From contig CM052816.1 in the NCBI GenBank assembly GCA_028534125.1, forward strand, positions 9,798,001 through 9,862,000: a DNA stretch of 64,000 nucleotides, written 5' to 3'. The notes under the pieces were generated by a model that saw only the letters and a list, made by a program, of their open reading frames with translations, was not told the DNA's origin and searched no databases. This stretch comes from Lama glama (Eukaryota). Shown here piece after piece: positions 51,601-63,284 of the stretch. The position numbers and the translations under genes are program-made. Position 1 is the first letter of the stretch. Each line of letters begins with the position of its first letter.

Positions 51601-54600
51601 GAAGAGTTAGAGTGATAGTAAAATCCATGTGTGTTCTTCCCAGTGGGAATCACAGGGTAACCCAGAGAAGGAATCCACCTTACAGTCAAGGGCTTGGAAT
51701 TTTATCAAGAAAAATACTGTGATCTCTTGGTAGGCACCACCCCAAAACTAACGCAGAACACAGTGTGATAACTTAGCCATCGGTTATCCATTTCTAGAAT
51801 TGTGATAGACTTCATAAAGAAAGAGTCACCTAAAAGTGCTTTACCGGTCATCATCTGTTGCTTCTATATGTAAGAAAAGGACAAACACAACATAGCCTTT
51901 CTTCCCAGCTCTTTGCCTCCCCAGCCCAGCCGCCCACAGCACGGGCGTCATCTGTGCACTCACAAGACTGCTTTGCACATGGCGCACTTGTTGCCATGGG
52001 TCTTGCCATCCGGGCCACGCACGGGATCATTTTCTCGAGTGCAGAAAAGATTTCCATCCTTCAGAAGGCTCCGAAATTCATTGCACATATCCTAAGAGGA
52101 GGAGAAAAGGCAAGAGCTTGGGTATTTTCTTGTAAGTTACTTTGTTGGTTTCCTACTAAGTGCTTCCTGAGGGAAAAAAGAAGGAAAATGACCTAAGGAT
52201 TTTTTTTCCTGGTAGTTGTTTTGCTCAATTCCTCCTGAGCACACAGCACTTAAAAACAGGTTTCTTTTTCTTTTTCCTTGAGATTTGTGCCCCAGATCCA
52301 GACTGAACACGCAGTCACACACAAAAGCAGGATCTCTTAATAAACTGGGTTCTCTGAGGACTGGTCACAGCCCTTAGTCAAGATTTTGTCGTCTAGCTCT
52401 ATTATAATGCAATAAAAAACACTGTACATGACATAGAATCAAAAAAGTTAAGATTTGGGCAAAACTTGTAAGTTCATCTGGTGCTACCATGCATACAACA
52501 TCTCAACCCCTTTTATGTCGTCCGTACCTGCCAAGAAGTCATCTAATGTGCATTGGAACATCTGCAATGATAAGGAGTCCATTACCCTCCGGATAGTTCA
52601 TCCCCAAATTTTCATTAGATCATTCCCACAAATTAGCCACAGTGCTGCTTCGGAGGGATCTTGGAAAATACCTCTAATCGATCCTGTAGATTCCTGCCCT
52701 TAGGGTTTTGTTGTTCTAAGATGTCATTGCAAGTAGAATGAGTGTGTTCCTTCAAACCAGTAACCAAAGTCAAGGTATTTTACTTCCCTTAGAGAAACAG
52801 AGGATTATTTTTTTTTTCATACAGACAGTTCTTCAGATATTTAGAGAAAGCTTTCTTTGCCTTCTCCCAGGCTTCCCTATGTTCTTTTCCAAGAGCTAAG
52901 CATCCCCAAATACTTCAGTCATTCTGTTTCAATCATTGGCACCATTTCTTGTTCTGAATTCTTCCCTTTTCCTAAAGAATGTGACATAATATCCCCAGTA
53001 TGTCCGGACAAGCACGGATAAGTTGACGGCTACATCATTACTGTTACTTAGAATTCCAGTTTGCCACCAAGAGACATTGGTTGAGAAGTGTTGCCTCTCC
53101 GTGCCTCAACTACCTCTTCCATAAAATGGAAGTGACAGTAGCTGTTTCACATGGTTAAAGCAATAATGGCCAGTATGTATTAAGTGTTCAGTATGTGTGC
53201 TGGATTATTGTGAGAATAATGTGAGAGAATATAGATCTCTGTGTACCTATGACTGATGCCTAGGGAGTACGCAGTAAATTTTAGCTCTAGAGCTAAATTG
53301 AGATAAAACATGCAAATCACCTAAGATCATGGAATTAATTACTGATGGCAATTAAGACTGAATCTGTGAGGGTTTTTTTTTTCCCCACCCTTGTATCTTT
53401 TAGTTCAGTTTGAAACTCAGTGAGGGCAAGAGAGAGTTTTTCTCCTAGCTCTGCTTCCTGGTTCACGGCCAATTCCCTAACTGATCATATTTAGCAAAAG
53501 AAATATGGTATGAGAGGACAGTTTACTTGTAGTAGCTAAGGTGAAATCAGAAATTGTCTCATACTAAAGAACATTCTTTTGTTGATGTTGAAAGGGAATC
53601 ATACGAGCTGCTCGTATTTCAGTGGTTCCTCGAGTTAGTTTTAAAGGAACAATCGCAAACTTCATCCTTCCGCTGTGGTATGAACCTTTCAGGACAGCTA
53701 CCTTTTCAGCTTCTCTCTTCGCTCTTGTTCTAGATTCAGCTTCTTTTTCTCTTGCTTCTTGCTGGCTGTAAGAAAGGGCGGGGGGATCATTCCCAGCACC
53801 CAATACGTACGATCCCAAAGGGAAATCTCTCTAGATGGAAATGTTCCGTTACTTCCACACCTCTGCCAAGCCAGCTTGGGAGCAGAAAGGCAAGTGCACG
53901 CCTCTCTATATATTGTTCTTGTTTTTAATGTTGCTTAGAGGATGAAACACACACGCCAGGGCAAATCAGTAAATAAATTCCCACTACTATATTCTTTCAG
54001 AAAACAAAGATACTGTCCTTCTCCCCAGAAAACAGCTAGGGTACTTAAAAATGACTAGATGTTAGCAGATTATTGATTTGTTGGCACCTAGCGACAGTAT
54101 CTGTGGACTCTTCACGGCAGCATGGATGCAGAGAGCAGAAACCCCAGTCCTTGTATGCCACTCACTCTGGGCGGACGTGCCCTTAGCACATGGTCCTCCC
54201 CGATGGCAATTCACATGCCTTTCAGAAACTGAGAACACTACAAAGAAAAGCACTAAGTATATGGCTTTATAATAGTAAGTCCCCGAACCCAGTGCAAAGC
54301 TAGCCTTCACTACATCCCTCCTGGAGGAAACCTTCAGCATCATCTCTTGTGCCCACCGCAGGCCCATCTTCTCCTGCATCAGCAGGGGCAGTGACTGCAG
54401 CTCTACTCACAAGAAGGCCTCACACATGGAGCAGGTGTTGCCGTGCATCTTCCCGTCTAGGCCCTCGATAGGGTCGTTCTCTCTGGTGCAGGGAAGGTGT
54501 CCATTCCTCACATAGTTACGGTAGTCACGGCACAGCTCCTGCCAAGAGAGGGATGCCTTAAGACTCACATAGCTAAGTACTGGAAAGCTTCCTCCACGTT

Positions 54601-57600
54601 ACTCCCTTTGAAAACTATGATCTAGTGCCCCACACATAATGGATGCATCAGAAAGGTGATGCAGAAGGTCGACATTAGCCGAGATGCTTTTCAGAGACCT
54701 AGGTCATACATTAGTTGGAATATACAATTGCTGTCAATTAGTTTATTAGAAAACCTTCAGCTGAATTCAAATATTCTGGGCTAGGCACTGTGAGAGATAC
54801 AAAGAAGAATTTACTGTCCTTTTTGTAGAGGAATTTGTGGTTGGCCGAATAATAGCTCCCTCCACGTGAATTTGTCCAACTGTAATACCCAAGACCTGTG
54901 AATATGTTATCCTGTAGGGTAAAAGGGACATTGCAGATGTGATTGAGTAGAGGACCTTGAGATGAGGATATTATCCTGGATGATTCTGTGGTGCCCAATG
55001 TAATCACAAGGGTCAGTCTTAGAAACTAGAAGAATAAGATGGAAGAGTGGGAGAGGGAGAGGCGACTACGGAACAATTAGAGATGCAGTGTGGTTTGCTT
55101 TGGTGGAAGGGGTCCAAGAGCCAAAAAGCAAAGAGACAGATTCTCCCCTAGAGATTCCACAAAGGAATGCAGTCTTACCAACCCTTTGATTTAGTCCATT
55201 GAGATCTATGTCAGAGTTTTAACCTAAAGAACCATAAAACCATATTTGTCTTGTCTTTTAAGCTACCAAGTTTGCAGTAATTTGTTACAGCAACAATAAA
55301 AAGCTAACAAGGAGTTTTTAGTTTCTTTGGAGAAAATACATAGAAGTGTCTATAAGTTACACTAAAAAATGGTGTAATTGAGAAATAAAGAAAAATTGCC
55401 GACAGATGATAGAGCTATTCAATATAAATGGGGAAAATCTTTAGGGAACAGGAAATATTTATGCTGAGCCATGAAAGGTGGCCAGAACTTTGATTGATAG
55501 AGAATGAACATTCATGACTTAGTAGGAGAAAATCCATATAGAAAACAGAGTTCATTGTATGTATGCTATTGAGGACTTAAACATGTGGGGGACTGTGCTG
55601 TTATACATGGTAAGTTCTTGGAACCTCCATAAAAATAATAACCATAATAATAATTCTATTATTATTTTATAAACAAGGAAACTAAGACATGAAGATGCTA
55701 AATGTTTGACTTTACTGGTTGGAAGACAGAGTGAGCACTGAACCCTGACAATGTGAGTCCAGAGTCTAGGTTTTTAACGACAGTCTTACTGAGTTCACGA
55801 GATGGGAAGCCATGAATCAATGATTAGTATATTCAGGGAGCAATCAGGTGACCAGTGTGGCTGGCACAAGGGGAGCATTGGGTAGGAAATGCCACCTGAG
55901 AGGTGGCCGAGGTCAGATCACATACAGCATTGTAAGTCCCTAGAAGGACCTTGATTCTTGTTCTGAGCGAGATGAGAAACCACTGGGCAGTAAATAATTC
56001 CTTTGGCTTCCGAGTTGAGAGTAGACTGTAGGGATCAAAGGTGAGAGCAGAAAGAAATGAGAGCTTCCAAATTAGATAAGGATAAAGGAAAGGAGTAATG
56101 AAGCCCTGACGCACAGCCCGCAGGACCTTCTCAAATGGAAGTAGGGTGCAGCATCTAAAGGGCATCATGGGCTTCAAAGCCAGAACTTGTGGTTCCGTTG
56201 TTAGCTCTCAAATTACTAACTGTGTGTGTAAATATATACATCCTATGTGCATCCTAACTTCTTCTGTGAGTCTCCAGTTCCTCTTCCATAAAATACAGAT
56301 ATGCTCCTTGAATAGTTACTACCAAGATCAGTTATAAATTGTCATACTCAAATAATTAAGTAGCAAATAATTAATACCATGACCATCATCATTCTCATCA
56401 CCATCATCCTGTGAGATGTTACAGAAAACAAACCCAAGGCTCAAAGATGCTTTTAAGTTATTTTCCCAAAATCTTACAGTCAACTGGGATGAAAAACCTA
56501 GGTTTGTGTTTTGTTTTGTTTTTTTAACTAAACACGCTTATACAAAAAGGTATGGAGAAAATTCTAAAATCTACCTGTATTGGTTTGCATTCAGACAAGA
56601 CAGCAGTGTGTATACACTTCTTTCATGGGGTAGTATAATTCACATGGTCAGTGGAGAAAAGGGGGATCGGCTTCTTCTCAAATGCACAAGCAACTAGATC
56701 AGATCTGAGGTGAATAAACTGAATAAGGAAGAAGGGATCTTCTTATATATGAGAATCTAAATACATTTTGGAGGAGATGGCGGGAGCCTTGCCTGGAGGG
56801 AACGGGCTATTTTTGTGGTTCTGATGGTCTGAAACAACTACCTGTATTGCTTCTCTCTTAACCTTCTCGGCCTCAGCTTTCTCCTTTTTTTCCTTGCCAT
56901 TTTTTTTCTTCTCTTCTTCTTCAAGTTTGCTGCAATAAAAAAAGATACAAGCTGACTGCAATTTCCCATTCTCTTTGGTAACATTTTTTTTAATCTTATG
57001 GACTTAAACGTTTATAGATCATGAATTATATAATATCCCAATAACTATCACTAGTAGTTAATCAAGATATTTGTCGATTTGCTTATGTTACATAAAGGAG
57101 AGTCTGAGAAACAATTCCTCCTCTAAAACAATCAAAATCTGGCTGCTAATATTTGTAATATATATGAAATAATTTCCTTACTAACCACCATTCATCTGTT
57201 TTCTTTTGTAATATATTTTAAGAATGAAGGAGGATCTTCCAGACCAAAGGTCATAATAAGTCTTCAGTACAAATTTATCCAGTCAAGAGGTGCTCATGCT
57301 TTGCCCAATAATGCAGATTAATTCAGTAGTTTCCAATCCCTCTTAGAAATATAAAACTAGCATGCTTTTTCATCAGTGTGTGAACTTTGAGGTGTCTTTT
57401 ACGTATCAGTCGGTGATTTCAATCAATGATCTGAAAAAAGCCACAGCTGCCTTGACTTTTTTTAATTGTGCAGCTTTTTCTGTCTAAATAGCCACCGTAT
57501 TCATGATGAGAGCAAGGGGTGATACGAGGTCAGACCACGGACCCCTAATCAAAATAAACCATGTTTCACTGTAAAATTAAATTTTAAATATTATTTTAAT

Positions 57601-60600
57601 TGCATTGAAATTCAAGTTTTAGAGTGCAATGATGATTCAAGTCCAAGAAGGTTCAACCAGTAATCTTTGGAGGTCGATCATGAGCCTAAGATGTTGGATT
57701 CTTGTTGTGTGTTTAGTGGCACGAAGCCTGTCAGCACTAGAAAGATCCTCAGCGTTTATTACCTGTGATACGGTCATTACCGCAGCCCCAGCAGACGCGG
57801 CAGGTGAGGGGAGAGCCCTGACTTCTTGAATCTCAGGGCCCGTTTAATCTACTGGCTGCCTCTGTCAAGCTCTCCTTTAAGGAACTGTGTGCATATACTT
57901 AAGATGAGACCAAGACATGTGAAAGTTAAGGGGAAACAACTTTGAAACTCTTTGAAGCTCTTTAAATATTATTTGAATATTTTTCTGAGCATGTATTTTA
58001 GTGTGAGGCTTGGGAGGGAACTGGGAGTCTTACAAGGAAAAGCAGCAGAGGTGGTGACAGCCAGCATCTCTGTCGTCCCACACAGTGGAGCTCTACTCAA
58101 GAGGACATTTTAGTAAATGTCTGTTACGTGGCCGAACTCTTGGGGATTTCACTCTTTAAGCCACTTAGCAAAGTATTTATTTCACTTGCCTGTAGTAATG
58201 CTCCCAAAAAGATAAGTACAACCCACTCTGTTCCATTTCTTGTTCAGGCTATTTTAGACGTGTTTACATGCTGGCCCCATAGACCTCTGCCCAACCGGGT
58301 TTCCCTTACCCAGTATCTGAATATACTCACAGAATCAAAATGTCAGGAGTGAGAGACCAGAGAGACAGTCCCACCCAGATCATCCGTCTTCTGCTCTCTT
58401 TGTTATGAGTGATGATTATCAAGTGTTAAAAACCTACTTCCATATATTAAGACTCTTCCCTGACTTAGCTTAGAAGAAAGATTACCGAATGGAGAATAAT
58501 GTTGTCACTAAGTGATTAAATATTACATAATTCCTTGTCCATGGGCTTTTAAAATGATCTCGCATACAAACCACGGTACATATTCTATACATTTACAAAG
58601 AGATTGAGACTCAGGGATGGTCAGTGGTGAGGAGGTGCAGGGACACTCACAACATGCTGGCACACATTGCACACTTGTTTCCGTGCATCTTGCCATCTGG
58701 GCCACGGACAGGGTCATTCTCCCTGGTGCATATGAGCATTCCGTTCCTCAGTTGGCTCCGAAATTCACTGCAGAGTTCCTGCAAAATGAAAACATTTTCT
58801 CAGCTTGGTTTTCTACCCTTCCTATGCTTTTGTCTGTTTATGACGAGTAAGTAATGCAGAGTAAGAGGAAAGAAGAAAAATGATTGCATGTAGCAGTGAA
58901 TCAGTTAGCATTTAACAGGCTTCTGGCATGGCCTCAGCATTGTGCTGACACTGGTGGGTGTGTGAATATTTATCATCGACGTTCTCCTGAGGGTGCTTGT
59001 AATCTAGGTACAGAAGAGAGCTGACGAAATTGATGGAGACGGATATGAAATGTATGTGTGTATGTTGTGTTGCACATCACGGTCTATAAAACCTATGAAA
59101 GATCAAAGGTGAGGAGATTCAACAGGCCTCAGGGAGGGGCTTTCTGGATAAACCGAGACTACGAATGAGCCTTCATGAGAAAGAAGGAAATCCTGCCGTT
59201 AACAACAATTTGGGTAAAACCTGAGGGTGTTGTGCTAAATAAGTCAGATAGAGAAAGACAAATACTGTGTGGCATCACTTATCTGTGGAATATAAAAGCC
59301 ACATTCACAGAAACAGAAATTGGTGTTGCCAGGGGCGGGGGAGTGGGGGCTGGGTGAAAGCGGTCAGGGGTACAAACTTGCAGCTGTAAGATGCGTAAGT
59401 TCTGGGGACCTAATGTACAACATGGTGACTGCAGTTAACCACGCTGTGTTATATACCTGAAAGGTGCTACGAGGGTAGGTCTTAAATGTTCTCATCACAA
59501 AATACAAATGTAGTTATGTGACATGATGGAATTGTTATCCAGCGCTACGGGGGCAATGATTTTGCAGTACAGAAATGTACCAAATCAACAAGCTACACAA
59601 ACTTACACAGTGTTAAATGCCAATCATATCTCAATAAAGCTAGACATTTTAAAAATAATATGCAGGCAAAAAAAGAACACTGTGAGTCTTCATTTACCTT
59701 TAAAAGGCTGAGAAAAAAGAGGAAAAGACACATGAAAGCTAAGAAGGATATATCTAAAATAAAGGTATAGAGGAGAGAAAAAAATGTTGGTATAACATGA
59801 ACATTCCTGAGATAATTACCCCCGCAGTTTCTCTTTTAGCCTTTTTTCTTGCTTTTTCTTCTTGTTGACTATACGAAACAGGAAAAAAAAAAAAAAGAGA
59901 GAGAAAGCAGAAATGAATCTTAATATGGTAGGGAGGTAGATAACTTAACATTCACAAGTTGATCATTCATTGCTTTGACTATCGTCAAGCAACTCCAAAG
60001 ATCCACTCATAGTAATTTGTATATTTTTGGGTAACAGATTGATTTATCACATCTCAAGAGAATGATATGCAAGAAAATATCCCTTAATTAATGAGTAAAC
60101 CTATTTAGCTTCCCAGCAAACAGACTGCAATTTAAGACTTTATTTGCTGATTCTTTCGCATGTGAAAAAGATGCAAACTGTTTATAAAGTGGTGGTATTT
60201 GGTTTCTGGGAGGCAGTACAACATGGTGATTAAGAAGAAACTCTGCAGCCAGACTGAATAAGGAACACAAAATGTGTCTTAACCTCTCTCTGCCTTCCTC
60301 ATCTATAAATGGGGAAAGGGAGCGGGGGGATAGGAGAGGTATTAAGAATACTTTTTTCATGGGACTGTTGTGAGCATTAACTGAGTTGATATACATGTAA
60401 AGCAATTAGAATAAGTATCTGGGACATAATAAAGTGATCGATGTAAATGATCGGTATCATCAGCACTGTAATCATTTTTTAAAGTGAGCCCTCCAAAAAT
60501 AGGCATTTGATGGAAATAAAATGAGAAACTCAACTTGCAACACTGTTAGTTAATATACTCAGTCTATAGCATAACTGGATGTATAATGCAAATAATTCAG

Positions 60601-63284
60601 TCATGTTGTAGAGACAAAAAATATTAAATAACTTGTTAAAATGTTTTATTATGTTCCAATCAACATAAAAATTGCTCATTGAGCAAACTGAAACTTTTAA
60701 AAAACTATTTGTGTATGCTTTGAAAGTGTGCATGAAATGATTATGGAGGGGAGTACGATTCTTAAAGTCAATAGCCTTTACTAACATATCCATTAAATAT
60801 GAGGTAATAAAACCTTAGTTTGATAAAGAATTTTTATATTGATGGAAGAAAATAACTAAAATAGCTGCAAAATTGTGGGGTTTCTTATACTTCTTTATAT
60901 GGAGACTGATCTAAACTGATGTAAATTTTACCATGAGTCTAAGTTGACTAAAATTTAAGAAGCATTTTCTTTTCATAATGGAAACTTATCAGAGGAAACA
61001 GCAGAGCTGACCACTAGGTGGCAGAATGACTTCCTTTCGCTGAAAGAGTAATGGTAAAGAAAACAGATGGAAAAAAGAAACCTAAATACAGGCAAGTGCA
61101 ACTACCTGAAGTTGATAATAGCTTTGCTAAATAAGTGTGCCCTGTCTAAACCCTACAATGAGAAATACTTTATTTTCCCTTTGCCGAAATTTTCCTCATT
61201 CTCATCTTCTCTGGGCCTTAATTTTTCCATCTGTAACTTGTGATAATGCAGAACCCATTTCATTTTGTTGTGAAGATTAAATGAGATTAGGGAGCAAAGC
61301 CCTTAGCTAGTATATGCCAGTTACATGCCTTCAGTAAATGTTGGTTATGGTAACACTATGGTCATCGTTTTGACTTCAGCCCAACAGATTTTTCACACTG
61401 CTCTGGCTCACCTACACTGCGGGACACGTCTGTTGGGTTATATTGCTCTCCACCAGGGAAGACTGAGTGACTGAATCCTTTCAGAGATTCTGGGCTTATA
61501 GAAAATTAGAGTATCCCTTGGGACAAAGGTTAAAAGACTTAAGGAATATCATAGACTCTTGTTGGAGAGAATACACCATTTTACCTATTCTGAAGGCAGA
61601 CTTTAGTCCCCTGTATGGGTATCCAACTCCTGCACATTAATATCATCATTCCTGAAGCAGCCTTCCTCTACTGTGTTGCAACATCCATCTTCATATTGTG
61701 CTCAAATCTGTCTCCCTATACATCTCATCACTTTTAATTCTATTCTTGAGGTCACACACAATGAGTAGAAAGGAAAATAGTGAACCGAACCAAAACAAAC
61801 TCCCAAAATTTGCCCTGCACCATAGTGATACATTACAAGTAATCGCATGTATTTCCTATTTCAGCTGACAATCCTTCAGAAAACTAAAAGCAATTAGTAT
61901 TATCATAGAGTATTCTCTTCTCTGAAAAACGGATTCTGAGTTCCTTCTGAAATGTCCTGAAGCTATTTTGCGTCTCTTTATAGCTCGGTAGTTATCATCT
62001 GAAAGCTCTCCACCTGCTTTTAGATTTTGTGATTTGTTTGTTTGTTTTTCAGTACATTTAAATGTGACACCCCAAACTGAATGCTACATTGAAGAGGAAA
62101 ATGTATTATGCACTGTTATGTGAACACTTCCCTTAGCAGGTGTCCCCACCCCCTCAGAAGCCCTGAGCTCTACTCACAAGAAGGCCTCACACATGGAGCA
62201 GGTGTTGCCGTGCATCTTCCCGTCTGGGCCCTTGATGGGGTCATTCTCTCTGGTGCAGAGCAGCTGTCCATTCTTCCTAGATTTGCGGTATTCACTGCAC
62301 AGCTCCTGTGACATCAAGGAGGCAAGTTTGAAGTACTGAACACAGGTCGGATTAGACCGCAGAAAGAGCTGTAGTGTAGACTTTTTTTTCTTAAATGGGG
62401 TCAGCAATTGGCTAATTTAGAATAGTTCTTAAGTTTGAAGACATGAATATTTTTAAATGATACAAGTTACAGACCCTCAACCTAGAAATAGTCACATATG
62501 CACATGTGTACACGCACACCTATAAACAAACACCGACACAAACTGTGTAAATGCTTCATACAGTTTCAGGGAGTGTTGGGGTTCTCTGAATGCCATCTAT
62601 GGTCCCCAGGTCCATATGCCTCCGACTTGTTAGAGAAGGTCCCCTCACCTCAAAGGAAGCTGTATTCTCAGATTGCCTTTTGTTTCTTGATTCTGCTTCC
62701 TTCTGTTTCTTTTCTTTTTTCTCTGCTTGGCTAAAAGAAAGTGATTTTAAAAAGAGATGAGTAAGAATCATAGAGTCTCCAGACTGAATGTGATCTGAAA
62801 TACGCAAATGTCATTTAATTATTACAGTTTATATAAACACATATATATTCCATATTATATGCTGGGTATGAACTGATTTGGCATATTGAAATGCTTGTGC
62901 TTTGTCTTGTGATTTCATATCCTGCTCTGCAAGAGTCAGATCCTTGTTTTATATTGTTTCCACTTCCACAGGAACTCAGTGATTATACGTAGGAATCATT
63001 CTTTGCTAATTATTACACTGTGCAAAAATGTGTCACAAAATGCCATCGACAAGAAACAGACACAATTTAAGAAACAAAATATAATAAAGCTCAAAAAAAA
63101 CGTGAAGCAGAAGGACAAACCCCTCCCCTCATCTTTCCAGCTGCACAACTACTCACAAGAAGGCCTCACACATGGAGCAGGTGTTGCCGTGCATCTTCCC
63201 GTCTGGGCCCTGGATGGGGTCGTTCTCTCTGGTGCAGGGCAATTTTCCATTTCTCAGCAACTTTCGATATTCACTGCACAGCTC
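30612..63284 (-). CDS. SPINK5: SPINK5 / LEKTI, 3' part (domains D6-D15, about human exons 13-33); 5' part lies beyond the window end
   Basis: Alternating 128-nt domain exons (phase 0->2) and charged linker exons (phase 2->0), all with AG/GT ends; translation follows LEKTI domain order; no in-frame stops. Confidence 0.97.
31079..32616 (-). mobile_element. Relatively young 5'-truncated L1 in the last SPINK5 intron
   Basis: ORF 31615-32574 encodes the L1 ORF2 C-terminus ([18 protein letters not shown]); TSD TAGTCATAT (31070-31078, 32617-32625). Confidence 0.93.
34688..37015 (-). mobile_element. Near full-length Tigger (Tigger7/MER44-like) transposon with decayed transposase
   Basis: ORF fragments [11 protein letters not shown] (CENP-B HTH-like), [12 protein letters not shown] and LQPLDQGII (DDE); right TIR CAGTAACCCTACCTTATC next to TA. 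Confidence 0.9.
37465..37555 (-). CDS. SPINK5: SPINK5 exon (~32): [30 protein letters not shown]
   Basis: 91 nt, tag|...|gtaagt; carries the sixth Cys of D15. Confidence 0.93.
38740..38900 (+). mobile_element. MIR
   Basis: Core motif tctctcagcctcagtttcactttctgtacaatg. Confidence 0.6.
39934..40064 (-). CDS. SPINK5: SPINK5 exon (~31), D15 (6-Cys Kazal): [43 protein letters not shown]
   Basis: 131 nt, cag|...|gtaagt; P1 Lys. Confidence 0.95.
40680..41160 (+). mobile_element. L1MA/MB 3' end
   Basis: ggaatattattcagccatgaaaaagga...ggtaattatgtgaggtgatgga. Confidence 0.8.
41990..42089 (-). CDS. SPINK5: SPINK5 exon (~30), linker [33 protein letters not shown]
   Basis: 100 nt, tag|...|gtaaga. Confidence 0.93.
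42576..42602. repeat. (TG)n microsatellite, one interruption
   Basis: Direct reading. Confidence 0.85.
42928..43055 (-). CDS. SPINK5: SPINK5 exon (~29), D14: [42 protein letters not shown]
   Basis: 128 nt, tag|...|gtgagt. Confidence 0.95.
43164..43252 (-). other. SPINK5: Homolog of the LEKTI-long cassette exon; 89 nt, frameshifted, contains TGA
   Basis: ccag|CAC CAG AGC AGA GAG GTT CGG AAT GAA GCG GAG GAT...AGT GCA|gtgagt; resembles the recalled human 30-aa insert DQCRQVQNEAED...ARMST. Confidence 0.8.
43871..43876 (-). terminator. Intronic polyA signal for a LEKTI-short-like isoform
   Basis: AATAAA ~70 nt after in-frame read-through stop TAA (43943-43945). Confidence 0.6.
43955..44027 (-). 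CDS. SPINK5: SPINK5 exon (~28), linker [24 protein letters not shown]
   Basis: 73 nt, cag|...|gttatt (weak donor). Confidence 0.9.
44811..44941 (-). CDS. SPINK5: SPINK5 exon (~27), D13: [43 protein letters not shown]
   Basis: 131 nt (one codon longer than sibling exons), cag|...|gtaagt. Confidence 0.94.
45400..45520 (-). mobile_element. MIR
   Basis: tatccccattttacagatgagaaaa...gctcagagag. Confidence 0.65.
47057..47135 (-). CDS. SPINK5: SPINK5 exon (~26), linker [26 protein letters not shown]
   Basis: 79 nt, aag|...|gtaatg; contains coding A10 run. Confidence 0.9.
47303..47430 (-). CDS. SPINK5: SPINK5 exon (~25), D12: [42 protein letters not shown]
   Basis: 128 nt, cag|...|gtgagt. Confidence 0.95.
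47516..47972 (+). mobile_element. MLT1C/D MaLR LTR
   Basis: atcctggattatctgggtggg...ccagagcctcca...gacttctgaactccaggaatg. Confidence 0.8.
48275..48347 (-). CDS. SPINK5: SPINK5 exon (~24), linker [24 protein letters not shown]
   Basis: 73 nt, cag|...|gtgaat. Confidence 0.92.
48794..48921 (-). CDS. SPINK5: SPINK5 exon (~23), D11: [42 protein letters not shown]
   Basis: 128 nt, cag|...|gtaagt. Confidence 0.95.
49165..49403. mobile_element. MER58-like hAT element
   Basis: caagggtcagcaaact...gagaccatgtgacccaca...tgctgacttctg. Confidence 0.7.
50348..50447 (-). CDS. SPINK5: SPINK5 exon (~22), linker [33 protein letters not shown]
   Basis: 100 nt, Gly-rich linker typical of LEKTI D10-D11. Confidence 0.94.
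51964..52091 (-). CDS. SPINK5: SPINK5 exon (~21), D10: [42 protein letters not shown]
   Basis: 128 nt, tag|...|gtgagt. Confidence 0.95.
53702..53765 (-). CDS. SPINK5: SPINK5 exon (~20), linker [21 protein letters not shown]
   Basis: 64 nt, cag|...|gtagct. Confidence 0.92.
54411..54538 (-). CDS. SPINK5: SPINK5 exon (~19), D9: [42 protein letters not shown]
   Basis: 128 nt, cag|...|gtgagt. Confidence 0.95.
54836..55308 (+). mobile_element. MLT1C/D MaLR LTR
   Basis: cctgtgaatatgtta...gggacattgcagatgtgatt...taatttgttacagcaacaata. Confidence 0.8.
56842..56929 (-). CDS. SPINK5: SPINK5 exon (~18), linker [29 protein letters not shown]
   Basis: 88 nt, cag|...|gtagtt. Confidence 0.92.
58651..58778 (-). 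CDS. SPINK5: SPINK5 exon (~17), D8: [42 protein letters not shown]
   Basis: 128 nt, cag|...|gtgagt. Confidence 0.95.
59170..59650 (+). mobile_element. L1MA/MB 3' end
   Basis: aagaaggaaatcctgcc...tcaataaagct. Confidence 0.8.
59820..59868 (-). CDS. SPINK5: SPINK5 exon (~16), linker [16 protein letters not shown]
   Basis: 49 nt, tag|...|gtaatt. Confidence 0.92.
60220..60430 (+). mobile_element. MIR
   Basis: cttaacctctctctgccttcctcatctataaatgggga...gttgtgagcattaa. Confidence 0.6.
61008..61026 (+). promoter_or_regulatory. Candidate CTCF site TGACCACTAGGTGGCAGAA
   Basis: Close match to the CTCF core; motif only. Confidence 0.45.
62178..62305 (-). CDS. SPINK5: SPINK5 exon (~15), D7: [42 protein letters not shown]
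   Basis: 128 nt, canonical splice sites. Confidence 0.95.
62649..62730 (-). CDS. SPINK5: SPINK5 exon (~14), linker [27 protein letters not shown]
   Basis: 82 nt, tag|...|gtgagg, furin-type RNKR. Confidence 0.94.
63157..63284 (-). CDS. SPINK5: SPINK5 exon (~13), D6: [42 protein letters not shown]
   Basis: cag|GAG...TT|gtgagt, 128 nt, 4-Cys LEKTI pattern. Confidence 0.95.

Noticed and set aside
42928..63284. Recurring ~128-nt units as a CRISPR-like or repeat array
   Set aside because: They are the paralogous domain exons of SPINK5.
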